Origin: Bacillales bacterium
GTDB lineage: Bacteria; Bacillota_I; Bacilli_A; RFN20; CAG-826
Direction: 5' to 3'
Length of the DNA stretch: 64,000 nt
Assembly (NCBI GenBank): GCA_052171195.1
Contig: JBQMZB010000001.1
Span: 336,734-400,733, forward strand
Shown here piece by piece: positions 50,077 through 60,046 of the stretch. Every line of letters begins with the position of its first letter. The first letter of the stretch is position 1. The position numbers and the translations under genes were made by a program. The notes beneath the pieces were generated by a model. That model was given only the letters and a program-made list of their open reading frames with translations. It made no database searches and was not told where the DNA came from.

Positions 50077-51970
50077 TTTTTCTATTATAATTAATTAAAA
50101 ATGTAACTAAACAACACATAATTGTTACACCAACATCTGCAAAAATTGATATATATATCGCATAATTGCTAAATAAACCTAAACTATTTGATAAAATTGC
50201 TAAAACTTTTGTGCTTATAGCGAATATTAAATTAAATAATATAATATTTTTTGTTTTCCTTGAAAATCTAAATAATTTTATAATACTTATTAAATTATCA
50301 TCCATTAAAACTATATCACTATATTCTATAGCGATATCACTACCTTTTATACCCATAGATATTGCAATATCTGAATTTACCATTGATGGTGTATCATTTA
50401 TACCATCTCCTACAAACATTTTTTTACACTTATCTTCTTTAATTATTTTTGATTTATCAAGTGGTAATAAATCTGAATAATAGTTATTAATATGAATTTT
50501 TTCTACTAATGTTTTAACAGATTTATTGTTATCGCCACTTAACAAAATTACTTTTTTTGATTTTTTATTTTTAAGATAATTTATAACATTTTCAGCGTTT
50601 GATTTTATTTTTTCTGACAAAATAATATATCCAATTTTTTCATCATTATAAGACACATATACAATTGTTTCAATTGTATTTACTTCTTCGAAAAATATAT
50701 TATTTTCTATCATTAAGTTTTTGTTCCCTATAATGGCTTTTTTATCATTGATCGTGCAAATAATACCCTTACCTTCAATTTCTTGATAGTAAGTCATCTC
50801 TAGATTATTAATATCTACATTTTCACAATAGTCATATAAAGTTTTTGCAATTGGGTGATTAGAATTTTTTTCACTAATTTTTAATAATTGTAATAAAAGT
50901 GTGGAATTATCCTCGTTATATAAAATTATATTAGTTACTTTTAACATACCTTCAGTCAAGGTACCAGTCTTATCAAAGTAAATATTTTTAATTTTGTTTA
51001 TATTATCTATAGTTAAATTTTCTTTTATCAATATTTTATGTTTACTAAAATTACCTATTGAAATAATATAGGCCATTGGAATGGAAATAAGCAAAGAGCA
51101 TGGGCAAGAAATAACTAAAATTGAAGCTCCACGATATAAGTATTCTTTTAAGTTGATGATTTCTTCAAATTTAATTAATTCATAAACTGAAGGTATTATC
51201 ATAGTTAAAAATGCTAACATTATAACTAAAGGAGTATAAATTTTGGCAAATTTTTTTATAAATTTAATAGATTTAGTTTTTCTTTGATCAGGATTTTCAA
51301 TTATATTTAAAATTTGTGTCATAGTGGAATCTTTATATTCTTTACTGACTTTTATTTTTAAAATTGAACTTTTATTTATTGTACCTGAGAGAACTTCTTC
51401 TCCCAAAACACTTTTATTTAACTTAGATTCACCTGTTAAAGATGAGAAATCAAGATAGGATTCTCCTTCGATAATGTAGCCATTAACTGGAATTATTTCT
51501 CCTGGTTTTACTAAAATTAAATCGTTGATTGTTAATGATTCTGGGTCAACTTCAATATAAGTATTATTTATGAATTTATGGGCAGTTTTTGGCTTCAAAT
51601 TTAAAATATTAGATAATGATTTTTTAGATTTGTTTAATGAATATTCTTCAAACATTTCACCTATTGAAAAGAAAATAATAATAGCTAGTGCTTCATTAAA
51701 TTTACCAATTGCAAGAGCAGTGATAGATGAGATAAGTGTTAAATCATATTCAGAAAAATAATCTTTATTTTTTAATGATTTAATAGATTTTTTTATAATA
51801 TTTATCTCGTTCAATAATAGAGTTATAGTTACAATAATATTTATTGATAGTTCAATATTTACAATTTTATCTGGATAATATTTTAATAATAATTCATAGA
51901 TAAAAGATAGGATTAATATAATTAAGGATGTAATGATTAAATTTCTTTTATTAAATATTTTTTTTATCAT
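50066..51970 (-). CDS. cadA: P1B-type heavy-metal (Cd/Zn/Co-type) translocating ATPase, no N-terminal HMA domain
   Basis: 'SCPCSLL' (CPC), 'DKTGTLT' and 'VGDGINDTP'. It overlaps the upstream cadC stop by 4 nt. Confidence 0.85.
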   Translation of the reverse strand: MIKKIFNKRNLIITSLIILILSFIYELLLKYYPDKIVNIELSINIIVTITLLLNEINIIKKSIKSLKNKDYFSEYDLTLISSITALAIGKFNEALAIIIFFSIGEMFEEYSLNKSKKSLSNILNLKPKTAHKFINNTYIEVDPESLTINDLILVKPGEIIPVNGYIIEGESYLDFSSLTGESKLNKSVLGEEVLSGTINKSSILKIKVSKEYKDSTMTQILNIIENPDQRKTKSIKFIKKFAKIYTPLVIMLAFLTMIIPSVYELIKFEEIINLKEYLYRGASILVISCPCSLLISIPMAYIISIGNFSKHKILIKENLTIDNINKIKNIYFDKTGTLTEGMLKVTNIILYNEDNSTLLLQLLKISEKNSNHPIAKTLYDYCENVDINNLEMTYYQEIEGKGIICTINDKKAIIGNKNLMIENNIFFEEVNTIETIVYVSYNDEKIGYIILSEKIKSNAENVINYLKNKKSKKVILLSGDNNKSVKTLVEKIHINNYYSDLLPLDKSKIIKEDKCKKMFVGDGINDTPSMVNSDIAISMGIKGSDIAIEYSDIVLMDDNLISIIKLFRFSRKTKNIILFNLIFAISTKVLAILSNSLGLFSNYAIYISIFADVGVTIMCCLVTFLINYNRKIKL

Positions 51971-52260
51971 AAAGTTTCCTCTTCAATATGCGCTATTGCT
52001 GTTTTAAGAATTATTGAAACATGTTCATCATCTAAACTATAAAAAATATTTTTTCCTTCTCTTCTATATTTAACAATCCGATTATCTTTTAATATTTTTA
52101 ATTGATGAGAAACAGCGGACTGGCTCATTTCTAAAGTCTTAGATATTTCACCAGCACTTAATTCTTTTTCATCTAAAACATATAAAATTTTGATTCGAGA
52201 TTCGTCCCCGAAAACTTTAAGAAAATTTCCAACATAATTAAATCTAACTTTACTTTTCAT
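51967..52260 (-). CDS. cadC: ArsR/SmtB-family metalloregulator (CadC-like)
   Basis: wHTH 'ELSAGEISKTLEMSQSAVSHQLKILK'. The likely start is 'MKSKVRF' at 52260 (GGAG SD), and the listed start at 52275 lies inside the operator palindrome. Confidence 0.7.
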   Translation of the reverse strand: MKSKVRFNYVGNFLKVFGDESRIKILYVLDEKELSAGEISKTLEMSQSAVSHQLKILKDNRIVKYRREGKNIFYSLDDEHVSIILKTAIAHIEEETL

Positions 52261-52273
52261 ATAATACTCCAAC

Positions 52274-52293
52274 ATATGAACATATGTTCATAT
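52274..52293. promoter_or_regulatory. Perfect inverted repeat ATATGAACAT|ATGTTCATAT, candidate CadC/SmtB-type operator in the cadCA / flavodoxin-like divergent promoter region
   Basis: A 20-bp palindrome lies immediately upstream of the cadC SD. The ArsR/SmtB family is known to bind 12-2-12-type inverted repeats that overlap its own promoter. Confidence 0.5.
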
Positions 52294-52346
52294 ATCTATA
52301 TTGTAATAAGAAAGTATAAATATTACAATATGAATAAGGAAATTAT

Positions 52347-52733
52347 ATGGAAAATAAATCGATTATTTATTATAAATCTAATACTGGTTTTTCTAAAATG
52401 TATGCCGAGATATTAAAACCAAGGATAGAGGCATCATTAATTCTAGATATTAAAAATATTAAGAAAAAAGATTTTATTAATTATAAAAATATTATTTTTA
52501 TAGGACCTTTAAGAAATAATAATATTTTAGGTCTTAAGAAATTCTTAAAAAAATATAAATCAATGAAAAATAAAAATATTTTTGTTTTAGCAGTTGGTAT
52601 GGAACAGGAAACTTCTGAAAAAAGAGAAATAGTTATAAATATGAATCGTTTACATAAATATCATTTAAGATTATATTTTTTGATGGGAGGATTTAACTTT
52701 AATAAATTATCTAATTTTAAGAAAAAATATTGA
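52347..52733 (+). CDS. Short flavodoxin-like protein
   Basis: 128 aa. 'IIYYKSNTGFSKMYAEI' resembles the flavodoxin FMN-phosphate loop (S/T-x-T-G-x-T). Confidence 0.35.
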   Translation: MENKSIIYYKSNTGFSKMYAEILKPRIEASLILDIKNIKKKDFINYKNIIFIGPLRNNNILGLKKFLKKYKSMKNKNIFVLAVGMEQETSEKREIVINMNRLHKYHLRLYFLMGGFNFNKLSNFKKKY

Positions 52734-52860
52734 ATTTATATTTAAAAACTCAAAAGAATGATTCATCTTTATTATCAAATCTAAAAAATCAATCAATTGA
52801 TTTTGTTAATTCTGATAATCTAGATAAAATGGTTAGTGTATTTAATAAAATTAATTAATT

Positions 52861-53811
52861 ATGAATTATTTAATTACAGGTGGATTAGGTTTTATAGGAG
52901 TTAATTTTATCCTATATATGATTGATAAAGATAAAATTTCAAAATATATAATTTTGGATAAGATTAATTATGCATCTAATATAGAATTTATCGATTTTTT
53001 CAAAAAAAATGATCAAATTGATTTTATTAAAGGTGATATAAGAGATGAAAAGATTTTAAATAATATCTTTTCTAAATATAAAATTGACTATGTTGTAAAT
53101 TTTGCTGCAGAAACTTCGGTAGATAAATCATTTTTATATCCAGATGAGTTTATTGATAACAACTATAATGGTTTAATTAATCTGGTTAACATATCTTTTA
53201 AGCATAATATTAAAAGATTTCACCATATTTCTACTGATGAGGTATATGGAGAAAGCTTTAATAAAATATTTAAAGAAGATGATAAATTGAATCCATCTAA
53301 TCCATATTCTTATTCGAAAACATTATGTGATTTATATCTTTTAAAACTAATTAAAGATAAGAAATATAATATTACTATTTCAAGATGTTCAAATAATTAT
53401 GGTAAATATCAATATCATGATAAATTAATTCCTTTAATAGTTAAAAATATTAATGAAAATAACTATATTAATTTATATGGTAATGGATTAAATAAAAGAA
53501 ATTGGCTTTATGTTTTTGATCATGTTAAAGCAATTGATTTAATAATAAAAAATGGAAAAAGCGGAGAAATTTATAATATTTCCGGTAATATTGAGTTAAC
53601 AAATCTCGAACTAACTAAATACATAATAAATTATTTTAACTATGATATAAATAAAATTAAATTTGTTGATAACAGAAAATATCATGATTATAACTATTTA
53701 ATTAATCAAGATAAAATAGAAAAAGAGTTAAATTATAAGAATCAAACTAACTTTTATGATACACTTATAGATACGATAAAATATTATAGAAAATATTTTA
53801 TTAAAAAATGA
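52861..53811 (+). CDS. NAD-dependent sugar epimerase/dehydratase (dTDP-glucose 4,6-dehydratase-like)
   Basis: 'ITGGLGFIGVNF' Rossmann fold, 'HISTDEVYGE' and 'YSYSK' (YxxxK). Confidence 0.65.
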   Translation: MNYLITGGLGFIGVNFILYMIDKDKISKYIILDKINYASNIEFIDFFKKNDQIDFIKGDIRDEKILNNIFSKYKIDYVVNFAAETSVDKSFLYPDEFIDNNYNGLINLVNISFKHNIKRFHHISTDEVYGESFNKIFKEDDKLNPSNPYSYSKTLCDLYLLKLIKDKKYNITISRCSNNYGKYQYHDKLIPLIVKNINENNYINLYGNGLNKRNWLYVFDHVKAIDLIIKNGKSGEIYNISGNIELTNLELTKYIINYFNYDINKIKFVDNRKYHDYNYLINQDKIEKELNYKNQTNFYDTLIDTIKYYRKYFIKK

Positions 53812-53812
53812 T

Positions 53813-54277
53813 ATGGAAAAAATAAAAAGCTCTCAATCAATTAAAATTATATCTCAAAACAGGAAGGCTTCATTTAATTATTATCTTTCTGATTTTTTAG
53901 AATGTGGAATTTCTTTAAAAGGAAGTGAAATTAAATCATTAAGAGAGAATGGGTGTTCTATTAACGATGCTTATGTTTTAATTAAAAATTTTGAAGCATA
54001 TATAATTAATATGAATATCTCTATATACGATAAATCATCAGTATTTAATCACGATCCTTTAAGGAGTAGAAAACTTTTATTACATAAAAAAGAAATATCC
54101 AAACTTTATAATAAAGTAGTTTTAGCAGGTTATAGTATCATTCCTACTAAAATATATTTTAAAAAAGGTCTTTGCAAAGTTGAAATTGCCTTAGGTAAAG
54201 GAAAGAAATTATACGATAAAAGAGAATCTAGTAAAGAAAAAGATATTAAAAGAAAATTAAATAAAGAGTATAAATAG
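53813..54277 (+). CDS. smpB: SsrA-binding protein SmpB
   Basis: 154 aa, 'ISQNRKASFNYYL' and a basic C-terminal tail. Confidence 0.88.
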   Translation: MEKIKSSQSIKIISQNRKASFNYYLSDFLECGISLKGSEIKSLRENGCSINDAYVLIKNFEAYIINMNISIYDKSSVFNHDPLRSRKLLLHKKEISKLYNKVVLAGYSIIPTKIYFKKGLCKVEIALGKGKKLYDKRESSKEKDIKRKLNKEYK

Positions 54278-54288
54278 ATAAGTATAAA

Positions 54289-55080
54289 ATGAGAATGCAA
54301 AAATTTATTCAAAAAATCACTTTCAGTGCTTTAATGATAGCGTTAGGAATAATATTTTCTAGATTGGTAGCTATACCTAACTTTTTAGGATTATCTTTTT
54401 TAAAAGTTAGTCTTACTAACTCGATTATTATGTTTTCTTCAATTGTTTTAGGATTTGGATGGGGAACTTTTATCGCAAGTGCTGTCGATATTGTTGGAGC
54501 TATTTTAATTCCTCAAAATGGTGGATTTAATATAATTTTTACCATACCTGCAGCAGTGACAGGTTTAATGCCGTATATATTTTATAAATTACTGAAAAAT
54601 AATAAATTTGATAATAAATATCCCGTATCTTTCGCGATTATTTTATCTATTTTATCATCATTTATTGTTTTTTATTTTTTAAATAATGATTTTGTTTCTT
54701 CAATAACAGGTAAAAAATATTATTATATAGAGCCTTATAAAAAATCAATAATAATGTGTATTGTTTTTATAGCTTTATCTTTTATTTATATTTTATTGTT
54801 TAAAATGATTAACAAAAATTTATCCGAAAAATATAAATCTAAAGTGTATTCTTTAAACACAATTGGCAGTAGTGTTTTTTTAACATATTTTCTCTGCAAG
54901 ATACCTTTAAGTAGTCTTGTGAAATCATTAGTTTTAAATTGGGATTTTAAATTTGTATTTATTTATCAGTTTATTGTTGGATTTTTTTCTTGTTTAGTAC
55001 ATACTTTTATAATTTTTATTGTTATGAATGTTTTAGATAAATATATTAATTTTAATGAAAGAAAAAAATATGAAAAATAA
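54289..55080 (+). CDS. Polytopic membrane protein (possibly ECF-type S-component-like)
   Basis: 263 aa with multiple hydrophobic helices. No diagnostic motif was recognised. Confidence 0.3.
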   Translation: MRMQKFIQKITFSALMIALGIIFSRLVAIPNFLGLSFLKVSLTNSIIMFSSIVLGFGWGTFIASAVDIVGAILIPQNGGFNIIFTIPAAVTGLMPYIFYKLLKNNKFDNKYPVSFAIILSILSSFIVFYFLNNDFVSSITGKKYYYIEPYKKSIIMCIVFIALSFIYILLFKMINKNLSEKYKSKVYSLNTIGSSVFLTYFLCKIPLSSLVKSLVLNWDFKFVFIYQFIVGFFSCLVHTFIIFIVMNVLDKYINFNERKKYEK

Positions 55081-55252
55081 AAAAATAATTAAAATTATTA
55101 ACTTAATACTACTTATTATTTTATTCTGCATAGTTATTATAGGAATTATTTATATAGTATATAATACAAAAAAATCTAATAACTCTTGCGAAGAAGATGG
55201 ATGTGTTTTGAATTATTTAATATTTAGATTAAATAGTCTAGAACTATTCTGA
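55055..55252 (+). CDS. Small single-TM hypothetical protein
   Basis: 65 aa, one TM helix and a Cys-x5-Cys tail. It overlaps both neighbours and could be spurious. Confidence 0.15.
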   Translation: MKEKNMKNKKIIKIINLILLIILFCIVIIGIIYIVYNTKKSNNSCEEDGCVLNYLIFRLNSLELF

Positions 55253-56010
55253 TAAGTTATTTTATCAAATACTTCTTCTGATAGATTTAGATTATTTTTT
55301 ATTATATCAACACTAAAACTATTATATTTATTATTATTTGGTTCGGAGTAAAGTTCTCCTGTAAATAAAATTCTATCTTCAAGTCTGTTATTAATCAATT
55401 TAACTAAATTATCTTTGTTAAGAGCAGAAGTAGAAATAAATAAATTTGAATTACTACTTAGTAAATTAATAATACTATTTAAATTTTTAATCTTTGATTT
55501 ATTGGTTAAAATAAAATTTAAGTGAGGCCAGTCTTTAAAACATTTATCTAAAAATTTAATAAATATAGGATTATAGTTATTTATAACTAAATTAGTAACT
55601 AAATTATATTTTTCAGCTAATTTTAAATATGGAATTAATTTAACATCATTTATCTTAATATTTGAAGTCCTTAAATTTATTTTTATTGAATATATGAATT
55701 CTAAATATGTATTAATAAAATCATCTACTTCATTAATGTTGTTTTCTAAATGAGGTCTAACCCATAAAGAAAGGCCTAGTCTTTTTTTATTACTTTCTAC
55801 AAATGTGTAAGCTTTTTTAAACGCTATTATTTGATTTACTAACCTAGTTCGTAATTTATCTTCTTTAGCAAATTCAACACCATCAAAAGATATCAATGAA
55901 AAACTAGTATTGTAATTAAATATTTCATTTAATATATTTTTTTGAGTGTTTACTAAGTTTGGGAAATATCCTAGATTTACATTGCAATCAATAAGAGATT
56001 TTAATTTCAT
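55213..56010 (-). CDS. Amidohydrolase-2/TIM-barrel-like protein with a degenerate metal-binding N-terminus
   Basis: 265 aa. 'LIDCNVNLGYFP' sits where PF04909 proteins have 'IDxHxHL', and there is a C-terminal 'SSRLFNL'. Confidence 0.3.
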   Translation of the reverse strand: MKLKSLIDCNVNLGYFPNLVNTQKNILNEIFNYNTSFSLISFDGVEFAKEDKLRTRLVNQIIAFKKAYTFVESNKKRLGLSLWVRPHLENNINEVDDFINTYLEFIYSIKINLRTSNIKINDVKLIPYLKLAEKYNLVTNLVINNYNPIFIKFLDKCFKDWPHLNFILTNKSKIKNLNSIINLLSSNSNLFISTSALNKDNLVKLINNRLEDRILFTGELYSEPNNNKYNSFSVDIIKNNLNLSEEVFDKITYQNSSRLFNLNIK

Positions 56011-56074
56011 AAAATTATTTTATCATATTTTATTAATGTTTAAATTATATTGTTTTTAAAGTATAATATTATTT

Positions 56075-56692
56075 ATGGAAAATAAAATTAATTCTACTTT
56101 TAAAAACAATAAATTTTTAATTAATCTCACAACAATTATTGGTATTTTATCGATTATTTTTGGAATATTTATCTATGTTAATAGTTGTAGTAAAACACCT
56201 AATTATCAACGAATATATCAAAATAATTCATATTCTTTTGATAATAAAAATATATATTACAAATTAGGTGATGAAGCATTTGAATCAAGATTGGACTACA
56301 ACCCAAAAGTATCAAATTATTTTGATTTTAAAATCGATAATAAATCTGAAGAATTTTTGACTATTAAAACAGCTAAATTAATTAGTGAGAATTCAAACTA
56401 TAAAATATCAAAAGGAGTATTTGTTTTTAAAACTTATTTATTAATTCACGACTACACTCTTAAAAACGTTGATTATTCTGATTTTTATTTAAATATTGAT
56501 TTTTCATCAAATTTAAAAGTTAAGTATTCAAATAATGAATTTGTTCGTGTTACTAGCAATGAGTTTAATCTAACTTCAGAAGATGTGAATTTTAGAATAG
56601 AATGTAAAAATATTAATAAATACCATAACAAATTTATAAGATTAGTAATAGATGATTTTAAGTTTGTTTTACTCGGTGAGAAAAGGAGATAA
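56075..56692 (+). CDS. Hypothetical membrane-anchored/secreted protein
   Basis: 205 aa with an N-terminal TM/signal segment ending 'YVNSCS'. No recognisable domain. Confidence 0.3.
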   Translation: MENKINSTFKNNKFLINLTTIIGILSIIFGIFIYVNSCSKTPNYQRIYQNNSYSFDNKNIYYKLGDEAFESRLDYNPKVSNYFDFKIDNKSEEFLTIKTAKLISENSNYKISKGVFVFKTYLLIHDYTLKNVDYSDFYLNIDFSSNLKVKYSNNEFVRVTSNEFNLTSEDVNFRIECKNINKYHNKFIRLVIDDFKFVLLGEKRR

Positions 56693-56694
56693 TT

Positions 56695-57891
56695 ATGAAT
56701 ATGAAAGAAAGATTTTTAGAATATATTTCTATAGATACGGTTTCAAGTGAAACAAGTTCTACTTACCCATCAACTTATTCACAAGTTGAATTTGGTAAGA
56801 AAATGGTTGAAGATCTTAAAGCAATCGGTATAGAAAATGCATTTCAAGATGAGTTTGGATTGGTATATGGAAGAATTGAAATTGGTAAAAAAGAAACTAT
56901 TGGTTTAATTGCTCACATGGATACCGCTCCAACTATTGCTGGAGGTATAAAAAATCCTAAGGTTATTCCTTGTTATGATGGTAGTGACATTAAATTAAAT
57001 GAAAAATATACAATGAAAGTTTCTGAATTTCCTTGTTTAAAAGAGGTTATAGGAGATGAAATTATTGTCACTGATGGAGAACATCTTTTGGGTGGCGATG
57101 ATAAAGCCGGTATTGTTATAATTTATGAAATTTGTAAATATTTTTTAGCACATAAAGAAGAATTTAATTACAACTTAGCTATCTGTTTTACACCAGATGA
57201 AGAAGTAGGTGCAGGCTGGAAACATTTCGATGTTAAGAAAATGAGTGCAACTTATGCTTTTACTATTGATGGTGGGACTATTTATGAAGCAAACCATGAA
57301 AATTTCAATGCTTCAAGCGCTGAAATTGAAGTATTCGGAATTGGTACTCATCCAGGTAGTGCAAAAAATGTTATGGAAAACGCAATAGCAATTTTAAGTG
57401 AAATTCACTCATTATTACCTAAAGATATGGTACCTGAAAAAACCGAAGAGCGTGAAGGTTTTATTCATTTATGCTCGATGAGTGGGGATGTTGAACACGC
57501 GAAAAGTAAATATATTTTAAGAGATCACAATAAGAAATTATTAGAAAAACAAAAAGAATATTTGAATGAAGCGGTTTTAAAAATAGGAAAAGAACATCCA
57601 AAAGCAAAAATTTCTATAAATATAAAAGATGATTATTATAATATGTTTGATTATTTTTTATCGAATCCTGAAGCAATTAATTTAATCAATAAAGCATATT
57701 TAAAAACAGAGACTAAAATTAAACACACTCCTATTAGAGGAGGAACTGATGGAGCTATGATAACTTTTTTAGGTTTACCTTGTCCAAATCTTGGTTCTGC
57801 AGATTTTAATCCTCACGGAAGATATGAGTTTGTCTCTTATAGTCAAATGGAAAAAATGGTTGAAATTATTCTTGCAATGTTAAGGGGATAA
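56695..57891 (+). CDS. pepT: Peptidase T (tripeptide aminopeptidase, M20B)
   Basis: 'ERFLEYISIDT', 'HMDTAP', 'GGDDKAG' and 'DEEVGAG' metal ligands. Confidence 0.82.
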   Translation: MNMKERFLEYISIDTVSSETSSTYPSTYSQVEFGKKMVEDLKAIGIENAFQDEFGLVYGRIEIGKKETIGLIAHMDTAPTIAGGIKNPKVIPCYDGSDIKLNEKYTMKVSEFPCLKEVIGDEIIVTDGEHLLGGDDKAGIVIIYEICKYFLAHKEEFNYNLAICFTPDEEVGAGWKHFDVKKMSATYAFTIDGGTIYEANHENFNASSAEIEVFGIGTHPGSAKNVMENAIAILSEIHSLLPKDMVPEKTEEREGFIHLCSMSGDVEHAKSKYILRDHNKKLLEKQKEYLNEAVLKIGKEHPKAKISINIKDDYYNMFDYFLSNPEAINLINKAYLKTETKIKHTPIRGGTDGAMITFLGLPCPNLGSADFNPHGRYEFVSYSQMEKMVEIILAMLRG

Positions 57892-57895
57892 CAAT

Positions 57896-58372
57896 ATGAA
57901 TAGAGTATTATCATGGGATGAATGTTTTATGTCAATTGCGATTATTACTTCCAAAAGAAGTAAGGATCCATCTAGTCAAGTTGGCGCTGTAATTGTTGAT
58001 GAGGAAAACAAAATCGTTTCTGTAGGTTATAATGGTATGCCTAGAAATATTGATTCTAATGAATTAACTTGGAATAAAAATGAAGGATTAGATAATAAAT
58101 ATTTATATGTTTGTCATGCTGAATTTAACGCTATCTTAAATATTAGAAATGGATCTAGTTTAAAAGGATGTACATTATATGTTACTTTATTCCCGTGTAA
58201 TGAATGTGCTAAAGCTATAATTCAAACAGGTATTAAAAAAGTTATTTATTTATCTGACAAATATAAAGACCATTTAGAAGTTAAAGCAAGTAAAAAATTG
58301 TTAGACTTGGCTAATATTGAATACGAAGAATATAAAGGCAGTGTCAAGGGTATTGAATTATTAAATGAATGA
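57896..58372 (+). CDS. dCMP deaminase (ComEB-like)
   Basis: 'CHAEFNAI' and 'PCNECAKAI' zinc-binding motifs. Confidence 0.82.
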   Translation: MNRVLSWDECFMSIAIITSKRSKDPSSQVGAVIVDEENKIVSVGYNGMPRNIDSNELTWNKNEGLDNKYLYVCHAEFNAILNIRNGSSLKGCTLYVTLFPCNECAKAIIQTGIKKVIYLSDKYKDHLEVKASKKLLDLANIEYEEYKGSVKGIELLNE

Positions 58373-59201
58373 AGTTCACAATGAAATAATAAGGGTTGAA
58401 AATTTATCATATTCATATGAAAAGGAAAACGAAGTATTAGATGATATTTCTTTTTCTATATACAAAGGTGAATATGTAAGCCTAATTGGGCACAATGGAA
58501 GTGGTAAATCAACTTTAGCAAAGCTTTTATGTTATTTTTTTGAACCAGATAAAGGTAAGATTTATTTAAATGGATTCGAAGAAAATGAGGATAATTATAA
58601 AAAAATAAGAAAAAGTATAGGTATTGTTTTTCAGAACCCCGATAATCAATTTGTTGGCGCTACTGTAGAGGATGATATTGCTTTTGGACTTGAAAATAGA
58701 AATATTGAATATAAAAAAATGCATGAACTTGTAGCTTATTACGCTACTAAGGTTAATATGTTAAATTTTATATCTAAAGCGCCATCTGAATTATCAGGTG
58801 GACAAAAACAAAGGGTTGCAATAGCAGGCATTTTAGCACTGGGTTTAAAAATTATTATCTTTGATGAATCAACATCAATGCTTGACCCTAAAGGTGTTAG
58901 TGATATAAAACAACTTATAGTAAATATGAAAAAAGAAGACCCTAGTTTAACTTTTATTTCAATAACCCATGATATTGAAGAGGCATACTTATCTGATAGA
59001 GTTATTATTTTAAATAAAGGGAAAATTTTTAAAATTGGTAAACCGAGTGATGTTTTTAATGATGAAACAGAACTAGATAAAATTAAATTATCTATCCCAT
59101 TAGCTTTAAAAATCAAATTTATTTTAAAGAAAAATGGTATTGAAATAAACAATGAAAAACCAACTTTAGATTTTTTAGCGGAGTATTTATGTCAAAAATA
59201 G
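58365..59201 (+). CDS. ecfA1: Energy-coupling factor transporter ATPase EcfA1
   Basis: Walker A 'GHNGSGKST', 'LSGGQKQRVAIAG', 'IIIFDEST' and a Q-loop. Confidence 0.85.
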   Translation: MNEVHNEIIRVENLSYSYEKENEVLDDISFSIYKGEYVSLIGHNGSGKSTLAKLLCYFFEPDKGKIYLNGFEENEDNYKKIRKSIGIVFQNPDNQFVGATVEDDIAFGLENRNIEYKKMHELVAYYATKVNMLNFISKAPSELSGGQKQRVAIAGILALGLKIIIFDESTSMLDPKGVSDIKQLIVNMKKEDPSLTFISITHDIEEAYLSDRVIILNKGKIFKIGKPSDVFNDETELDKIKLSIPLALKIKFILKKNGIEINNEKPTLDFLAEYLCQK

Positions 59202-60046
59202 AAGCAAAAAATTTAAGTTATAAATATAAAATTTCCGATAAAATTTTTTATCAAGCGCTTAATGATATCTCATTTAGAATCGAAGATGGAGATTTTGTAG
59301 CTTTTGTTGGAGAAACTGGTGCTGGTAAATCTACTTTAATGCAAATTTTTAACGGACTACTTTTACCAGAATCAGGTACACTTAAAATTGAAGATTTTTT
59401 AATAACTAATAATAAAAGAAAGAATAAAAAACAAATTATTAAATTAAGAAAAAAGGTAGGAATGGTTTTTCAATTTCCTGAGTACCAGTTATTTGAAAAA
59501 ACAGTTTTAGATGATGTAATGTTTGGACCTTTAAATTTCGGATTTAAAAAAGAAGATGCAAGGGAAAGCTCGATTAAAGCTTTAAAAGCTGTAGGATTAG
59601 ATGAATCATTTTTAAATAGAAGTCCTTTTGATTTATCAGGCGGGGAAAAAAGAAGAGTAGCAATAGCAGGAATCTTATCATATAATCCTGATATTTTAAT
59701 TTTAGATGAAATTACAGTAGGGTTAGATCCTAAAAGCAAAGATGATATTATGGATCTAATTGTTAATCTTAATAAACTTAATAAAACAATAATACTTGTT
59801 ACTCATGATATGGAAGTTGTAATGAAGTATTGTAAGAAAGTGTTTGTACTAAATAATGGTAAATTAATTAAAGAAACAACCCCAATATACTTATTTAATG
59901 ATGAAAATATTACTGATTATTCACTTGAAATTCCTCCTTTATTCCAATTTAAAAATCTTTTAAAAAAATATAATTATAAATATAACATCGATAAATATAA
60001 TGATATTAACTCTTTGATTAATAAAATAATTAAGGAGATTAAATAA
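59189..60046 (+). CDS. ecfA2: Energy-coupling factor transporter ATPase EcfA2
   Basis: Walker A 'GETGAGKST', 'LSGGEKRRVAIAG' and 'ILILDE'. Confidence 0.85.
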   Translation: MSKIEAKNLSYKYKISDKIFYQALNDISFRIEDGDFVAFVGETGAGKSTLMQIFNGLLLPESGTLKIEDFLITNNKRKNKKQIIKLRKKVGMVFQFPEYQLFEKTVLDDVMFGPLNFGFKKEDARESSIKALKAVGLDESFLNRSPFDLSGGEKRRVAIAGILSYNPDILILDEITVGLDPKSKDDIMDLIVNLNKLNKTIILVTHDMEVVMKYCKKVFVLNNGKLIKETTPIYLFNDENITDYSLEIPPLFQFKNLLKKYNYKYNIDKYNDINSLINKIIKEIK

